Positions 15,192-24,991 of a DNA stretch of 64,000 nucleotides are shown in pieces; position 1 is the stretch's first letter, and the number at the start of each line of letters is the position of its first letter. The stretch is from a bacterium (GTDB lineage: Bacteria > UBA8248). Both the position numbers and the translations under genes were made by a program. The stretch covers positions 2,208,001-2,272,000 of the forward strand of contig OZ241326.1 of NCBI GenBank assembly GCA_965199855.1. Reading direction: 5' to 3'. A model generated the notes under the pieces. The model had not been told where the DNA came from and ran no database searches. It saw nothing but the letters and a program-made list of their open reading frames with translations.

Positions 15192-16667
15192 GTGCTAGGA
15201 TGCGCGAAGGGGCGCGCCTCGCTCACCCGCGCGCATTTCGCACCCGACGGAGCGGGATACCTTCAGCCCATGCGTCGCCGCGGCCGAGACACCCTCATCC
15301 GCTTTTCCCTGCTGTCCGCCTTCGTCCTGTGCGCGCCGCCCGCGTCGGCGGAGAAGGAGCGCCCCTTCGGCGGACGCCTCATCATCGAAGCGGTCAGGAA
15401 GCTGCGGCCCTCCGTCGCGCATATCCGCGCGAAGCCGGGAGGCGCCGCGGCGAATCCCCTGCTCGACTTCTTCGGCAGGGGCAGGCGAAGGGAGGGCCCG
15501 CCCCGGTTCGATCAGGACGAGGCCGCCTACGGCGTAGGCGCGGGGATCATCGTCTCGAAAGAAGGGCACATCCTGACGAACCACCACGTCGTCAGGAACG
15601 CCCAGGAGATTCTGGTCAAACTCCACCGGGGCGAGGAATTCCCGGCCCGCCTGCTCGGCGTGGACGAGAAAACCGACCTCGCCCTCCTGAAGATCAAGCC
15701 TCCCGCGGACCTCCGGCCGGCAACTCTCGGCGATTCCGACAAAGCGGAGGTCGGCCAGTGGGTTCTGGCGATCGGCAGCCCTTTCGGCCTGGCGAATTCC
15801 GTATCCGTAGGCGTCATCAGCGGCAAGGAGCGGGATTTGAAGGAAGGCCCCTTTGACGAGTATCTCCAGACGGACGCCTCCATCAACCCGGGCAATTCCG
15901 GCGGGCCGCTCGCCGACGCGAAAGGCGCCGTCATCGGCGTCAACACGGCGATATTCTCCCGCGGCTCGCGCGCCTGGAGCCTGGGCGTCGGCTTCGCCAT
16001 TCCGATAAACCAGGCCAGGGCCGTCATCGACTCCCTGCGCCACAGGGGCTATCCGATACGGGGCCGGCTGGGGGCGGCCGTGGCCGCCGTCCCCCCGAAG
16101 GAGGGGAAAGACCTGGGGCTGGCCCGCTCCCAGGGCGCGAAGCTCGCCGAGGTCGCGCGCGGCGGCCCCGCCCACCACGCCGGCCTGCGCCGGGGGGACG
16201 TGGTGGTCGAATTCGACGGCAAGCCGGTGAGCACCTGGCAGAGCCTTCCCCGCATCGTCGCCCGCGCGAAGCCGGATTCCCTCGTCCAGGTGAAGTTTTA
16301 CCGCGAAAAGCGCCTGGAGAGCGTCTATGTCCGCCTGGGGAGCCGGCCCGAGGCGCCGCATTCCCGAAAGACGCCGGGCCGGACGAGCCTGGGCATGAAG
16401 GTCGAGGCGCTCACCCCGCACCTCGCCCGCCGCTTCGGGCTGGATTACGGCGAGAGCAAACTGGTGGTTTCCTCGATTCTGCGGGGCGGGGCGGCGGAGC
16501 GCGGCGGAATCAGGCCGGGCGACGAGATAGCGGAAGCGAACCACAAGCCCGTCCGGACGATAGAGGAGCTTCGGGAGGCCATCGACGCGTCCCGGCTCGA
16601 CGGCTTCGTCCTCCTCCTTCTCAAGCGAAAAGGAACCAACCTCTTCGCCGCCCTCCAAATCAAATAG
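15192..16667 (+). CDS. HtrA/DegP-family serine protease with two PDZ domains (start uncertain)
   Basis: LTNHHVV, TDLALLKI, QTDASINPGNSGGPL, two PDZ-like segments. Confidence 0.92.
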   Translation: MLGCAKGRASLTRAHFAPDGAGYLQPMRRRGRDTLIRFSLLSAFVLCAPPASAEKERPFGGRLIIEAVRKLRPSVAHIRAKPGGAAANPLLDFFGRGRRREGPPRFDQDEAAYGVGAGIIVSKEGHILTNHHVVRNAQEILVKLHRGEEFPARLLGVDEKTDLALLKIKPPADLRPATLGDSDKAEVGQWVLAIGSPFGLANSVSVGVISGKERDLKEGPFDEYLQTDASINPGNSGGPLADAKGAVIGVNTAIFSRGSRAWSLGVGFAIPINQARAVIDSLRHRGYPIRGRLGAAVAAVPPKEGKDLGLARSQGAKLAEVARGGPAHHAGLRRGDVVVEFDGKPVSTWQSLPRIVARAKPDSLVQVKFYREKRLESVYVRLGSRPEAPHSRKTPGRTSLGMKVEALTPHLARRFGLDYGESKLVVSSILRGGAAERGGIRPGDEIAEANHKPVRTIEELREAIDASRLDGFVLLLLKRKGTNLFAALQIK

Positions 16668-16711
16668 CGCCTTCAGGACAGGCCCGGGCCGGCGCCCGCC
16701 GAACGGACGGC

Positions 16712-17275
16712 TTTCGCAGGGACAACCCCCGTGGTTGTCCCTCGCCGCGTTCGCGTCCCGACGACGCGCAACCATCCCGTAGGGGGCGTTCGGGAACGCC
16801 CCGCCGCCGCCGATGCGAATCTTTCCTGAAAACGGGCGGCCCCGGGGCCCCGCCCTTGCGGAACCGGCGCCCATGGGCGACCCACCCAAACGGGCGGTTC
16901 CCGAATTGCGGGGCGGCCTCGGGGAGGGGTCGCCCCTACGGAACCGTCGCCATCTCCCGCCGTCATTCCGGCGAAGGCCGGAATCCAGGGGATTGTGATC
17001 GTTCCCCATCGTCAATGAGAGACAACCATAGGGGGTTGTTCCTGCGAAATGATGAAACCCGCGGCCCCATGCCGAAGGACGGGCGGGGCGCATGAATGCG
17101 CCCCCTACGAAGGCGGGATCGCCGCCCGCCCCCGGAAAACCGGTTGCCTCGACCGTAGGGGACGCATTCATGCGTCCCGTTTCGATCGGTGGCCACGCGC
17201 GGGCGGTTCACGAACCGCCCCTACGGGAACCGTAGCCGCCCTCACCCATAGGGACGCCCCCCTGGGTCGCCCGAC
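16712..17275. repeat. Mosaic cluster of REP-like hairpins (GTAG/GCAG and CGTC classes)
   Basis: GCAGGGACAACC-N-GGTTGTCCCT, GTAGGGGGCGTTC-GG-GAACGCCCC, CGTCATTCCGGC-GAAG-GCCGGAAT, GGGGCGCAT-GA-ATGCGCCCC-CTAC, GTAGGGGACGCAT-TC-ATGCGTCCC, GGGCGGTTC-AC-GAACCGCCC-CTAC. Confidence 0.8.
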
Positions 17276-17742
17276 AATTCGGGAGCCGCCCGCGCGGGAA
17301 AATTCGCCGGGCGGAGGCGTTTCCCCGGGCGTTTGGAGAAGAACCGCCCGCTCGCCGAAAAGCCGCGCGTGAATGTCTACGAATTTCTGCAAAATCAGAC
17401 AAATTCACGGCCTTATCCCGCAAATAGAGAGCTGTTTTCCACCTTTTTAGAGACCCCTTTGACCATCCCGCCCGGTCCCCGATTCTTCCGTCTTCCTTCC
17501 CTCCGGAGGCGCAATTCCCCCACGCCGGAAATATAACCCGACCCGGCCGCCCCCGCGGAAGCGCAGATGCGCGCAAATGCGGGCAGGCGCGCGCGATTGT
17601 TCCACGTGGAACAATTCGGACGCGGAATTTTCGGAGGAAGCGTCCGGTTTTCGGCGCGGCCGCCGCTCCGCAAGCCTCGAAAAGGCGCGGTTCGCCCCGC
17701 CCGGCTCCGCTTTGCTGGCCATGCCCGCCGCCTACGCGCCGG
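17021..17742. repeat. Left copy of a 722-bp inverted repeat
   Basis: Reverse complement of 23912-24633. Both ends and several internal segments were checked by eye, and mirror ORFs appear in the track (e.g. 17447..17722- and 23932..24207+). Confidence 0.95.
17598..17613. promoter_or_regulatory. parS-type centromere palindrome
   Basis: TGTTCCACGTGGAACA (extends to a 20-bp perfect palindrome); matches the widespread bacterial parS consensus. Confidence 0.85.
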
Positions 17743-17777
17743 GAGGCTTCCGTCCCGCGCGCGCCGCCTCCGCCTGA

Positions 17778-17805
17778 TTGACATTCGGGCGTGGTGTCGT
17801 AATCT
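17778..17805 (+). promoter_or_regulatory. Putative sigma70 promoter for the transaldolase operon
   Basis: TTGACA-N16-TAATCT, about 55 nt upstream of ATG 17860. Confidence 0.5.
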
Positions 17806-17859
17806 GCGGGGCGTTTCGGGGCTACACGGGAGCGGACGAACGGACGGCGGGGAGCGGAC

Positions 17860-18510
17860 ATGAAGATTTTCATCGATACGGCGAGTCTGGAGGAAATCGA
17901 GGAGGCGGCCTCCACCGGCATCCTGGACGGCGTGACGACGAACCCCTCGCTCATCGCGAAGGAAGGCGCCGACCACCACGCGAGAATCAGGGAAATCTGC
18001 GGGCTGGTGGACGGGCCGGTGAGCGCGGAGGTGATCGCCGTGAAGTGGGAGGAGATGGTCGAGGAGGGGCGGGCGCTGGCCGCCATCCACGAGAACGTGG
18101 TGGTGAAGGTTCCGGTGGGCGTGGAGGGGCTGCGCGCCGTCAAGGCGCTGCGCGAGGAGAGCGTCGACACGAACGTCACCCTCATCTTCAGCCCCGCCCA
18201 GGCCATGCTGGCGGCGAAGGCGGGCGCCTCGTTCGTGAGTCCCTTCGTGGGGCGGCTGGACGACGTCTCAAACCCCGGCATGGAGATGGTGAGCGACATC
18301 GCCCGGATTTTTCACAACTACGACTACGCCGCCCAGGTTCTGGTGGCGAGCGTGCGCTCGCCGATTCACCTGCTCGAGGCGGCGAAGATGGGGGCGGACG
18401 CGGCGACGGTTCCCTTTCAGGTCATCGCCCAGCTGCTCAAGCATCCGCTGACGGATATCGGGCTGGAGAAATTCCTGGCGGACTGGCGCCGCGCCGGCGA
18501 GATGCGCTGA
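17860..18510 (+). CDS. fsa: Transaldolase / fructose-6-phosphate aldolase (FSA/TalC type)
   Basis: [43 protein letters not shown]. Confidence 0.93.
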   Translation: MKIFIDTASLEEIEEAASTGILDGVTTNPSLIAKEGADHHARIREICGLVDGPVSAEVIAVKWEEMVEEGRALAAIHENVVVKVPVGVEGLRAVKALREESVDTNVTLIFSPAQAMLAAKAGASFVSPFVGRLDDVSNPGMEMVSDIARIFHNYDYAAQVLVASVRSPIHLLEAAKMGADAATVPFQVIAQLLKHPLTDIGLEKFLADWRRAGEMR

Positions 18511-18529
18511 CTTTCAGGGAGGTTCAGGG

Positions 18530-18760
18530 ATGATGCCGATGTATGAATTTCTGTGCGGAAGCTGCGAGAAGGATTTTGAGAAAATCGTGGCGTCCGTCGA
18601 GGCCGCCGACCGCGTGGAGTGTCCCGAATGCGGCTCGCGCGAGGCGCGCCGGAAACTCTCCCTGTTCGCCAAATCCGCATCGGGCGCCGCGGCCCAGGCC
18701 TCGGCCTTCAGCGGCTACTCCGCCGGCGGCGGCTGCGGCGGGGCGTGCTCGTGCCACTAG
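18530..18760 (+). CDS. FmdB-family zinc-ribbon protein
   Basis: MPMYEFLCGSC...CPECGS...KLS, Cys-rich tail. Confidence 0.88.
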   Translation: MMPMYEFLCGSCEKDFEKIVASVEAADRVECPECGSREARRKLSLFAKSASGAAAQASAFSGYSAGGGCGGACSCH

Positions 18761-18844
18761 CCCCGCGGGGGCGCTGAATCCGCGCTTCCGCCGGGCCGAT
18801 TCGCGCGCGATCCTTCGGGAATCTTTCAGCAGGGAGGAGAGACC

Positions 18845-20095
18845 ATGCCGCAAGAGGAGCAGGTCAGCGTCTTCGAGACCGCGAGCGCGCAGTTCGACGA
18901 GGCGGCGGCGCACGTCGATCTGGACGATGAGGTTCGCCACCTCCTCAAGACGCCCTTCCGCGAGGTGAAGGTAGAAATCCCCATCCGCAGGGACGACGGC
19001 TCTCTCGGCGTCTGGGAGGGATACCGCATCCAGTTCAACGGCGCGCGGGGGCCGTTCAAGGGCGGAATCCGCTACCACCACGAGGTGGACCCGGACGAGG
19101 TGCGCGGCCTCTCCGCGCTCATGGCGTGGAAGACGGCGCTCGTCAACATTCCGTTCGGGGGCGGCAAGGGCGGCATCTGCGTCAACGTGGGGGAGCTCAG
19201 CCGCTTCGAGCTGGAGCGGCTCACGAGAAAATACACCGCGCGCATCGGGCGCGTCCTGGGGCCCTACCGCGACATTCCCGCCCCCGACGTGAACACGAAC
19301 GCGCAGGTGATGGCGTGGATTTTCGATGAATACAGCAGCCGCCACGGCTACGCGCCGGCCTGCGTCACGGGAAAGCCCGTGTCCATGGGCGGCTCCCCGG
19401 GGCGCGAGGCCGCCACCGGGCGGGGCGCCGTGATGGCGTTCGGGGAGGTCGCCAAAAAGGAGGGCTGGGAGCCCGCCACCATGACGGCGGCGATTCAGGG
19501 CTTCGGGAACGTGGGCGCCTTCGCCGCCAGGTTCATCGGCGATCTGGGGGTGAAGGTGGTGGCGATATCGGGCAGCCGGGGCGCCTGCTTCAACGGGGAC
19601 GGCGTCGACGTCGAGGCGGCCGCCGCCCACCGCAGGGAGCACGGGACGCTGGAGGGCCTCGCGGGAGCGGAGGAGATCACCAACGAGGAGCTTCTCGCCC
19701 TCGACGTGGACGTCCTGGTTCCGGCGGCTCTCGGCGGCGCGATTCACGCGGGCAACGCGGCGGACGTGAAGGCGCGCGTCATCGTGGAAGGGGCGAACGC
19801 TCCCGTAACCGACCGGGGCGAGAAGACGCTGGCCGAGAGCGGCCGCGTCGTGGTGATACCCGACGTGCTGGCGAGCGCGGGCGGCGTCACGGTCTCCTAC
19901 TTTGAATGGGCGCAGAACATCCAGCAGTTCGCCTGGGACGAGGAGCGGGTGAACGCCGAGCTGGGCAGAATCATGGCGCGCGCCACGGCCGAGGTGCATG
20001 AGCTGGCGAAGGAGAAAGGCGTCTCGCTGCGCGCGGCGGCCTTCATCATCGCGATTGAAAGGGTGGCGGAGGCGGAGCGCCTTCGCGGCGTATAG
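18845..20095 (+). CDS. Glu/Leu/Phe/Val dehydrogenase (glutamate dehydrogenase)
   Basis: GPFKGGIRYH, PFGGGKGG, DIPAPDVNT, ATGRG, QGFGNVG, GGVTVSYFEW. Confidence 0.95.
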   Translation: MPQEEQVSVFETASAQFDEAAAHVDLDDEVRHLLKTPFREVKVEIPIRRDDGSLGVWEGYRIQFNGARGPFKGGIRYHHEVDPDEVRGLSALMAWKTALVNIPFGGGKGGICVNVGELSRFELERLTRKYTARIGRVLGPYRDIPAPDVNTNAQVMAWIFDEYSSRHGYAPACVTGKPVSMGGSPGREAATGRGAVMAFGEVAKKEGWEPATMTAAIQGFGNVGAFAARFIGDLGVKVVAISGSRGACFNGDGVDVEAAAAHRREHGTLEGLAGAEEITNEELLALDVDVLVPAALGGAIHAGNAADVKARVIVEGANAPVTDRGEKTLAESGRVVVIPDVLASAGGVTVSYFEWAQNIQQFAWDEERVNAELGRIMARATAEVHELAKEKGVSLRAAAFIIAIERVAEAERLRGV

Positions 20096-20121
20096 CGTCC
20101 GCCGCCCCGCTGGAGCTTTCG

Positions 20122-21036
20122 TTGGCTGGTCTCGTCATAGACGCCCGGGGCATCGAAAAATCCTTCGGAACCCTCCGGGCCGTCGCCGGCGTCTCGCTCC
20201 AGGTGGAGCCCGGAGAGTGCTTCGGCATTCTGGGCCCCAACGGCGCGGGCAAAACCACGACAATCAAGATGCTGCACGGCGCCGTTCAGCCCGACGCGGG
20301 CGTCCTGCGGGTGCTCGGCCTCGACGTGGCGACCCAGAGCCGGCTCGTTCGGGAGGGGATGGGCGTCGTATCGCAGGAGGACACGCTGGACCGCGATTTG
20401 ACGGTATATGAGAACCTCTGGGTCTATGCGGGATTTTTCGGCATCTCGAGGAAGGCGTCGCTCTCCCGCATCGAGCATCTGCTCGACTTCCTGCAGCTTC
20501 GGGAAAAGTGGGACTCGAAGATCAAGACCCTCTCGGGCGGAATGAAGCGCCGCCTCCACATCGCGCGCGCCCTGATCCATGAGCCGAAGTTCCTGATTCT
20601 GGACGAACCCACCACGGGCCTCGATCCGCAGGCGAGGCATCTCGTCTGGCGCAGGCTCCGGGAGCTCGGCGACCGGGGGCTGACCATTCTTCTCACCACC
20701 CATTACATGGAAGAGGCGGCGCGGATGTGCGATCGCATCGGCATCATGGACGGGGGGAGATTTCTTCTCGAAGGCGCGCCGCAGGCGCTGGTGCGCGAAC
20801 ATGTGGGCGATGAGGCGTATGAACTCAAGGGCGGCGCGCCGCGGGAACTGCTCGACTCCCTGAAAAGCCTCCACGTCGGCGCCGAGGTCGCCGCGGACAG
20901 GCTGTATCTCTACAGCCGCAACGGAGCGGGGCTGATGGAGCGCCTGATCGCCTCGGGGCGGAAGGATTTTCTGAGAAGGCCCGCGACCCTGGAGGATTTG
21001 TTCCTGCGGCTCACGGGCAGGGAATTGAGGGATTGA
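20122..21036 (+). CDS. ABC transporter ATP-binding protein (NodI-like)
   Basis: GPNGAGKTT, LSGGMKRR, ILDEPTTGLDPQAR, TTHYMEEA. Confidence 0.93.
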   Translation: MAGLVIDARGIEKSFGTLRAVAGVSLQVEPGECFGILGPNGAGKTTTIKMLHGAVQPDAGVLRVLGLDVATQSRLVREGMGVVSQEDTLDRDLTVYENLWVYAGFFGISRKASLSRIEHLLDFLQLREKWDSKIKTLSGGMKRRLHIARALIHEPKFLILDEPTTGLDPQARHLVWRRLRELGDRGLTILLTTHYMEEAARMCDRIGIMDGGRFLLEGAPQALVREHVGDEAYELKGGAPRELLDSLKSLHVGAEVAADRLYLYSRNGAGLMERLIASGRKDFLRRPATLEDLFLRLTGRELRD

Positions 21037-21809
21037 CGCTCCTCCCCCAGGCTCCGAGCCGCCGCGCCCTCCGCGTCTGGGTTCGCCATCTGGTCTATTA
21101 CCGCTCCTTCTATCTGGCGGAATGGGCGGGCAATCTGGGGGAGCACGTTCTGTGGCTCGTGGCGTTCGGCTACGGGCTGGGCAGGCTGGTGCCGAGCCTG
21201 GACGGCGTCTCATACGCGCAGTTCATCGGCCCCGGGCTGATGGTTTCCGTCGCGATGTGGAACGCGACGTATGAATCCACCTACGGCGCCTATTCGAGAA
21301 TGCGGATTCAGAACATCTACGAGTCCATGCTGATGGCCCCGCTCACGGTGGGCGACATCGTGCTGGGCGATCTTCTCTGGTGCGCGAGCCGCGCGCTGAT
21401 CGGCTCGACGCTGATGCTGCTCGTCCTGAGCCTGTTCGGGCTGGTCGGCTCGTGGTGGGCGGCGGCGATCCTTCCGGTTCTGTTCGTCGAGGCGGTGATG
21501 TTCGCGGCCCTGGGGCTGATCGCGACCTCGCTGGCGCCCAGCTTCTCGTTCTTCAACTTTTACTTCTCCGCCGTCGTCATGCCCATGTTTTTCTTCGCGG
21601 GCGCCCTGTTTCCCATCAAGGGCCTGCCGGCGTGGGTGGAGCGCATATCCGACGCCCTCCCGCTGACCCACGCCGTGAGAATCTCGCGCGGCCTGTTCCT
21701 TTACGGGCGGGTCGAGCATTTTCTCTGGCACTTTTCCTTCCTGCTCGGCTTCACGCTCCTGTTTCTCGCGGTCGCCTGCTTTCTGGTGGGCAGGCGCATG
21801 GCGGAATGA
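21033..21809 (+). CDS. ABC-2 permease (NodJ-like)
   Basis: Multiple TM segments; YAQFIGPGL, YESTYGAY, PMFFFAGALFP, LPLTHAV. Confidence 0.9.
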   Translation: MTLLPQAPSRRALRVWVRHLVYYRSFYLAEWAGNLGEHVLWLVAFGYGLGRLVPSLDGVSYAQFIGPGLMVSVAMWNATYESTYGAYSRMRIQNIYESMLMAPLTVGDIVLGDLLWCASRALIGSTLMLLVLSLFGLVGSWWAAAILPVLFVEAVMFAALGLIATSLAPSFSFFNFYFSAVVMPMFFFAGALFPIKGLPAWVERISDALPLTHAVRISRGLFLYGRVEHFLWHFSFLLGFTLLFLAVACFLVGRRMAE

Positions 21810-22777
21810 GCGTGGGCGCCGCGGCGAAAATCCTGCATCCGCCGGAGCCGTTCCTGTTCCATGAGAGTCTGCTGCGCTTTCGCGCGTCGAGCGGGGAGCT
21901 CGTCAATTCCTACGCGGACGGGGCGTATCGCAGGGTGGTGGAGACCGCCGCCGGCGCGCTGGTTCTCCTGGAGGCCAGGAGCGGGGAGGAGGGGCGAGGC
22001 GGCCCGATTCGGCTTCAGATGACCGCCGAGGGACGGATGAGCGAATCGCTCCAAGGCGCGGGGCTGGACGCCATCAGGCACATTCTGGCTTTTGATCTCG
22101 ATTTGAAGCCGTTTTACGGGATGGCGGGGCGCGACGCCGACCTGGCGCCGATTGCGAGGAAATTCAGGGGTCTCAGGCCGGTGCGCTACCCGAGCGCGTT
22201 CGAGGCGCTCGTTACGGCGATTACGGCGCAGCAGGTGAACCTGACCTTCGCCGGGACGATACGCGGGCGCATGGTGAAGCGATGGGGCGGAAAGCTGCGC
22301 GTCGGCGGACGGACGCGCTACGCCTTTCCGCGCCCGGAGCGCCTGGCGCGGGCGCGCGTCTCCACCCTGCGCGCCATGCAGTTCTCGGAGCGAAAGTCGG
22401 AATACGTGATTGGCGTGGCGCGCGCCGCCCTGGAAGGACGGCTGGACGAGGGCGAGCTGCGCGCTCTGCCCGTTGAGGAGGCGGTGGCCCGGCTCGCCGG
22501 AATACGGGGCGTGGGCCGCTGGACGGCGGAGCAGACGCTGTTTCGGGCGCTTGGCCGCGTGGAGGTTTTCCCCGGGGGCGACCTGGGGGTGCGGAAGGTC
22601 GTGGCGCGCTATTGCTTCGGAGAGGAGCGCGTGGACGAGGAGCGCGCGCGCGGGCGGGCGGACGCATGGCATCCCTGGGCTTCGCTGGCGACGACCTATC
22701 TGTTCGCCGCGTGGCGCGCGGGCGTTGCGCCCGCGGGCGAAGCGAAACGGCGCATCGGGAATCGGGCGCGCGGATGA
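21806..22777 (+). CDS. DNA-3-methyladenine glycosylase (AlkA-like, HhH-GPD)
   Basis: FEALVTAITAQQV, AFPRPE, IRGVGRWTAE, FPGGDLGVR; ATGA overlap with the permease. Confidence 0.9.
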   Translation: MSVGAAAKILHPPEPFLFHESLLRFRASSGELVNSYADGAYRRVVETAAGALVLLEARSGEEGRGGPIRLQMTAEGRMSESLQGAGLDAIRHILAFDLDLKPFYGMAGRDADLAPIARKFRGLRPVRYPSAFEALVTAITAQQVNLTFAGTIRGRMVKRWGGKLRVGGRTRYAFPRPERLARARVSTLRAMQFSERKSEYVIGVARAALEGRLDEGELRALPVEEAVARLAGIRGVGRWTAEQTLFRALGRVEVFPGGDLGVRKVVARYCFGEERVDEERARGRADAWHPWASLATTYLFAAWRAGVAPAGEAKRRIGNRARG

Positions 22778-23922
22778 GCGGCTTTCGGGCCTCCATCGAA
22801 CGGCGGGAAGAAGAGCTGCTGGCGCCCTGCGCGGCGCGCAGCGCCGAGAGTCTCGGGCGAAGGCACCCGGAAGCCGAGCACGGGATGCGGACGGCGTTTC
22901 AGCGCGATCGCGACCGGATCATCCACACGCAGGCCTTCCGGAGGCTTGAATACAAGACCCAGGTCTTCGTGAACCACGAAGGGGACCATTACCGGACGCG
23001 CCTGACGCACACCATAGAGGTGAGCCAGATCGCGCGCTCCATCGCCCGCGCGCTCTCCCTGAACGAAGACCTCGCCGAAGCGGTCGCGCTCGCGCACGAT
23101 TTGGGCCACCCCCCCTTCGGCCACGCCGGGGAGAAGGTTCTGGACGCCCTCATGGAGGAGCGCGGCGGGTTCGAGCACAACCTGCAGGCGCTGCGGATCG
23201 TCGAGGCGCTGGAGAGGCGCTACCCCGCCTTTCCGGGCCTGAACCTGACGTGGGAGACGCGCGAGGGAATCATCAAGTATCTGGATCGCTATGACGGCCC
23301 GATGCCCCGGGGGCTGACGAACGCGATCGCCCCCGGCCTGGAGGCCCAGGTGGTCGACGCGGCGGACGAGATCGCCTACAACAACCACGACCTGGACGAC
23401 GGCCTCTCCTCCCGGCTGTTCGGCCTTGAAGACTTGCGGGACGCCCGCCTTTGGCGCGAACACCACGAAAACTCGAAGAAAGCCTTTCCCGAAGCTCCCC
23501 GGCGGGAGCGCAAGCACGACGTCATCCGCCGCATCATCAACGCGCAGGTTCAGGACATCATCGCGTCCGCGCGCGAGCGCGTTCGGCGCCGGGGGCTGCG
23601 CCGCATCTCGGACGTGCGGGAAGGCGGGCATGACGCGGTTGTCTTCAGCGAGGAGATGCGCGGGAAGAACGCCGAGCTCAAGCGCTTCCTGATGGAGCGG
23701 ATGTACCGGAACGAGCGGGTGCTGAGACTGGAGGAAAGCGCCCGGGAAACGCTGAGCGGGCTGTTTCGCCTCTACGTCGCCGAGCCTCGCAGGATACCGG
23801 AGCACGCCCGCAGGCGCGAGGAAACGGACGGCCGGCATCGAATGGTCTGCGACTACGTCGCCGGCATGACGGACCGCTACGCCCTCCAGCAGCACGAGCG
23901 GTGGCTGGGCGCCGGCGCGTAG
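22774..23922 (+). CDS. dgt: Deoxyguanosinetriphosphate triphosphohydrolase-like HD protein
   Basis: FQRDRDRIIH, FRRLEYKTQVF, RTRLTHT, AHDLGHPPFGHAGE, DYVAGMTDRYA. Confidence 0.95.
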   Translation: MSGFRASIERREEELLAPCAARSAESLGRRHPEAEHGMRTAFQRDRDRIIHTQAFRRLEYKTQVFVNHEGDHYRTRLTHTIEVSQIARSIARALSLNEDLAEAVALAHDLGHPPFGHAGEKVLDALMEERGGFEHNLQALRIVEALERRYPAFPGLNLTWETREGIIKYLDRYDGPMPRGLTNAIAPGLEAQVVDAADEIAYNNHDLDDGLSSRLFGLEDLRDARLWREHHENSKKAFPEAPRRERKHDVIRRIINAQVQDIIASARERVRRRGLRRISDVREGGHDAVVFSEEMRGKNAELKRFLMERMYRNERVLRLEESARETLSGLFRLYVAEPRRIPEHARRREETDGRHRMVCDYVAGMTDRYALQQHERWLGAGA

Positions 23923-24633
23923 GCGGCGGGCATGGCCAGCAAAGCGGAGCCGGGCGGGGCGAACCGCGCCTTTTCGAGGCTTGCGGAGCGGCGGCCGCGC
24001 CGAAAACCGGACGCTTCCTCCGAAAATTCCGCGTCCGAATTGTTCCACGTGGAACAATCGCGCGCGCCTGCCCGCATTTGCGCGCATCTGCGCTTCCGCG
24101 GGGGCGGCCGGGTCGGGTTATATTTCCGGCGTGGGGGAATTGCGCCTCCGGAGGGAAGGAAGACGGAAGAATCGGGGACCGGGCGGGATGGTCAAAGGGG
24201 TCTCTAAAAAGGTGGAAAACAGCTCTCTATTTGCGGGATAAGGCCGTGAATTTGTCTGATTTTGCAGAAATTCGTAGACATTCACGCGCGGCTTTTCGGC
24301 GAGCGGGCGGTTCTTCTCCAAACGCCCGGGGAAACGCCTCCGCCCGGCGAATTTTCCCGCGCGGGCGGCTCCCGAATTGTCGGGCGACCCAGGGGGGCGT
24401 CCCTATGGGTGAGGGCGGCTACGGTTCCCGTAGGGGCGGTTCGTGAACCGCCCGCGCGTGGCCACCGATCGAAACGGGACGCATGAATGCGTCCCCTACG
24501 GTCGAGGCAACCGGTTTTCCGGGGGCGGGCGGCGATCCCGCCTTCGTAGGGGGCGCATTCATGCGCCCCGCCCGTCCTTCGGCATGGGGCCGCGGGTTTC
24601 ATCATTTCGCAGGAACAACCCCCTGTGGTTGTC
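23912..24633. repeat. Right copy of the 722-bp inverted repeat (includes the dgt stop codon)
   Basis: Reverse complement of 17021-17742; one mismatch seen near the outer end. Confidence 0.95.
24041..24056. promoter_or_regulatory. parS-type centromere palindrome (second copy)
   Basis: TGTTCCACGTGGAACA. Confidence 0.85.
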
Positions 24634-24667
24634 CTTCGCCGCGTTCGCCAGTCCGGGCGTTTCCCCC

Positions 24668-24949
24668 TTACCCGAACCGCCCGGCATTCAGCCGCCAATA
24701 GACCTCCGTCCCCTTGAGCGCGGCGTTCTCTTTGGCGTGATGCCACGGCGTCTTGCCCTCTTTATCCTCCGCCGCGGGATCGGCTCCGGCGGCGAGCAAC
24801 GCTTCCGCGACCGCGGGGGTTTTGCTGAACTTCGCCGCCGCCACATGCAGGGGCGTCCGTCCATCCTTGATCCGCGCGTTCGGGTTCGCCCCGGCGGCGA
24901 GCAAGCCTCCTCCGCCGCCCGCTCCCCCGCCGAAGAAGAAGTAAGGCAT
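24668..24949 (-). pseudogene. Ankyrin-repeat protein, probably a 5'-truncated remnant
   Basis: LLAAGANPNAR..DGRTPLHVAA...EALLAAGADPAAEDKEGKTPWH; low-complexity N-terminus. Confidence 0.7.
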
Positions 24950-24991
24950 CCGGTTCGGGAGGCTGAAGGGAGGAAGAACGCCCCCGCCCCC

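Noticed and set aside
16712-17275. Hairpin cluster as a CRISPR array
   Set aside because: Units differ in sequence and orientation, spacing is irregular, and there are no cas genes
17425-17462. AGGGGTCTCTAAAAAGGTGGAAAAC as an IS terminal-repeat remnant
   Set aside because: Only a loose resemblance; no partner end within the unit and no target-site duplication seen
17208-17863. ORFs inside the inverted repeat, and their mirror copies at 23877-24746, as a transposase
   Set aside because: No DDE, HUH or recombinase motifs; Arg/Gly/Pro-rich translations typical of non-coding DNA
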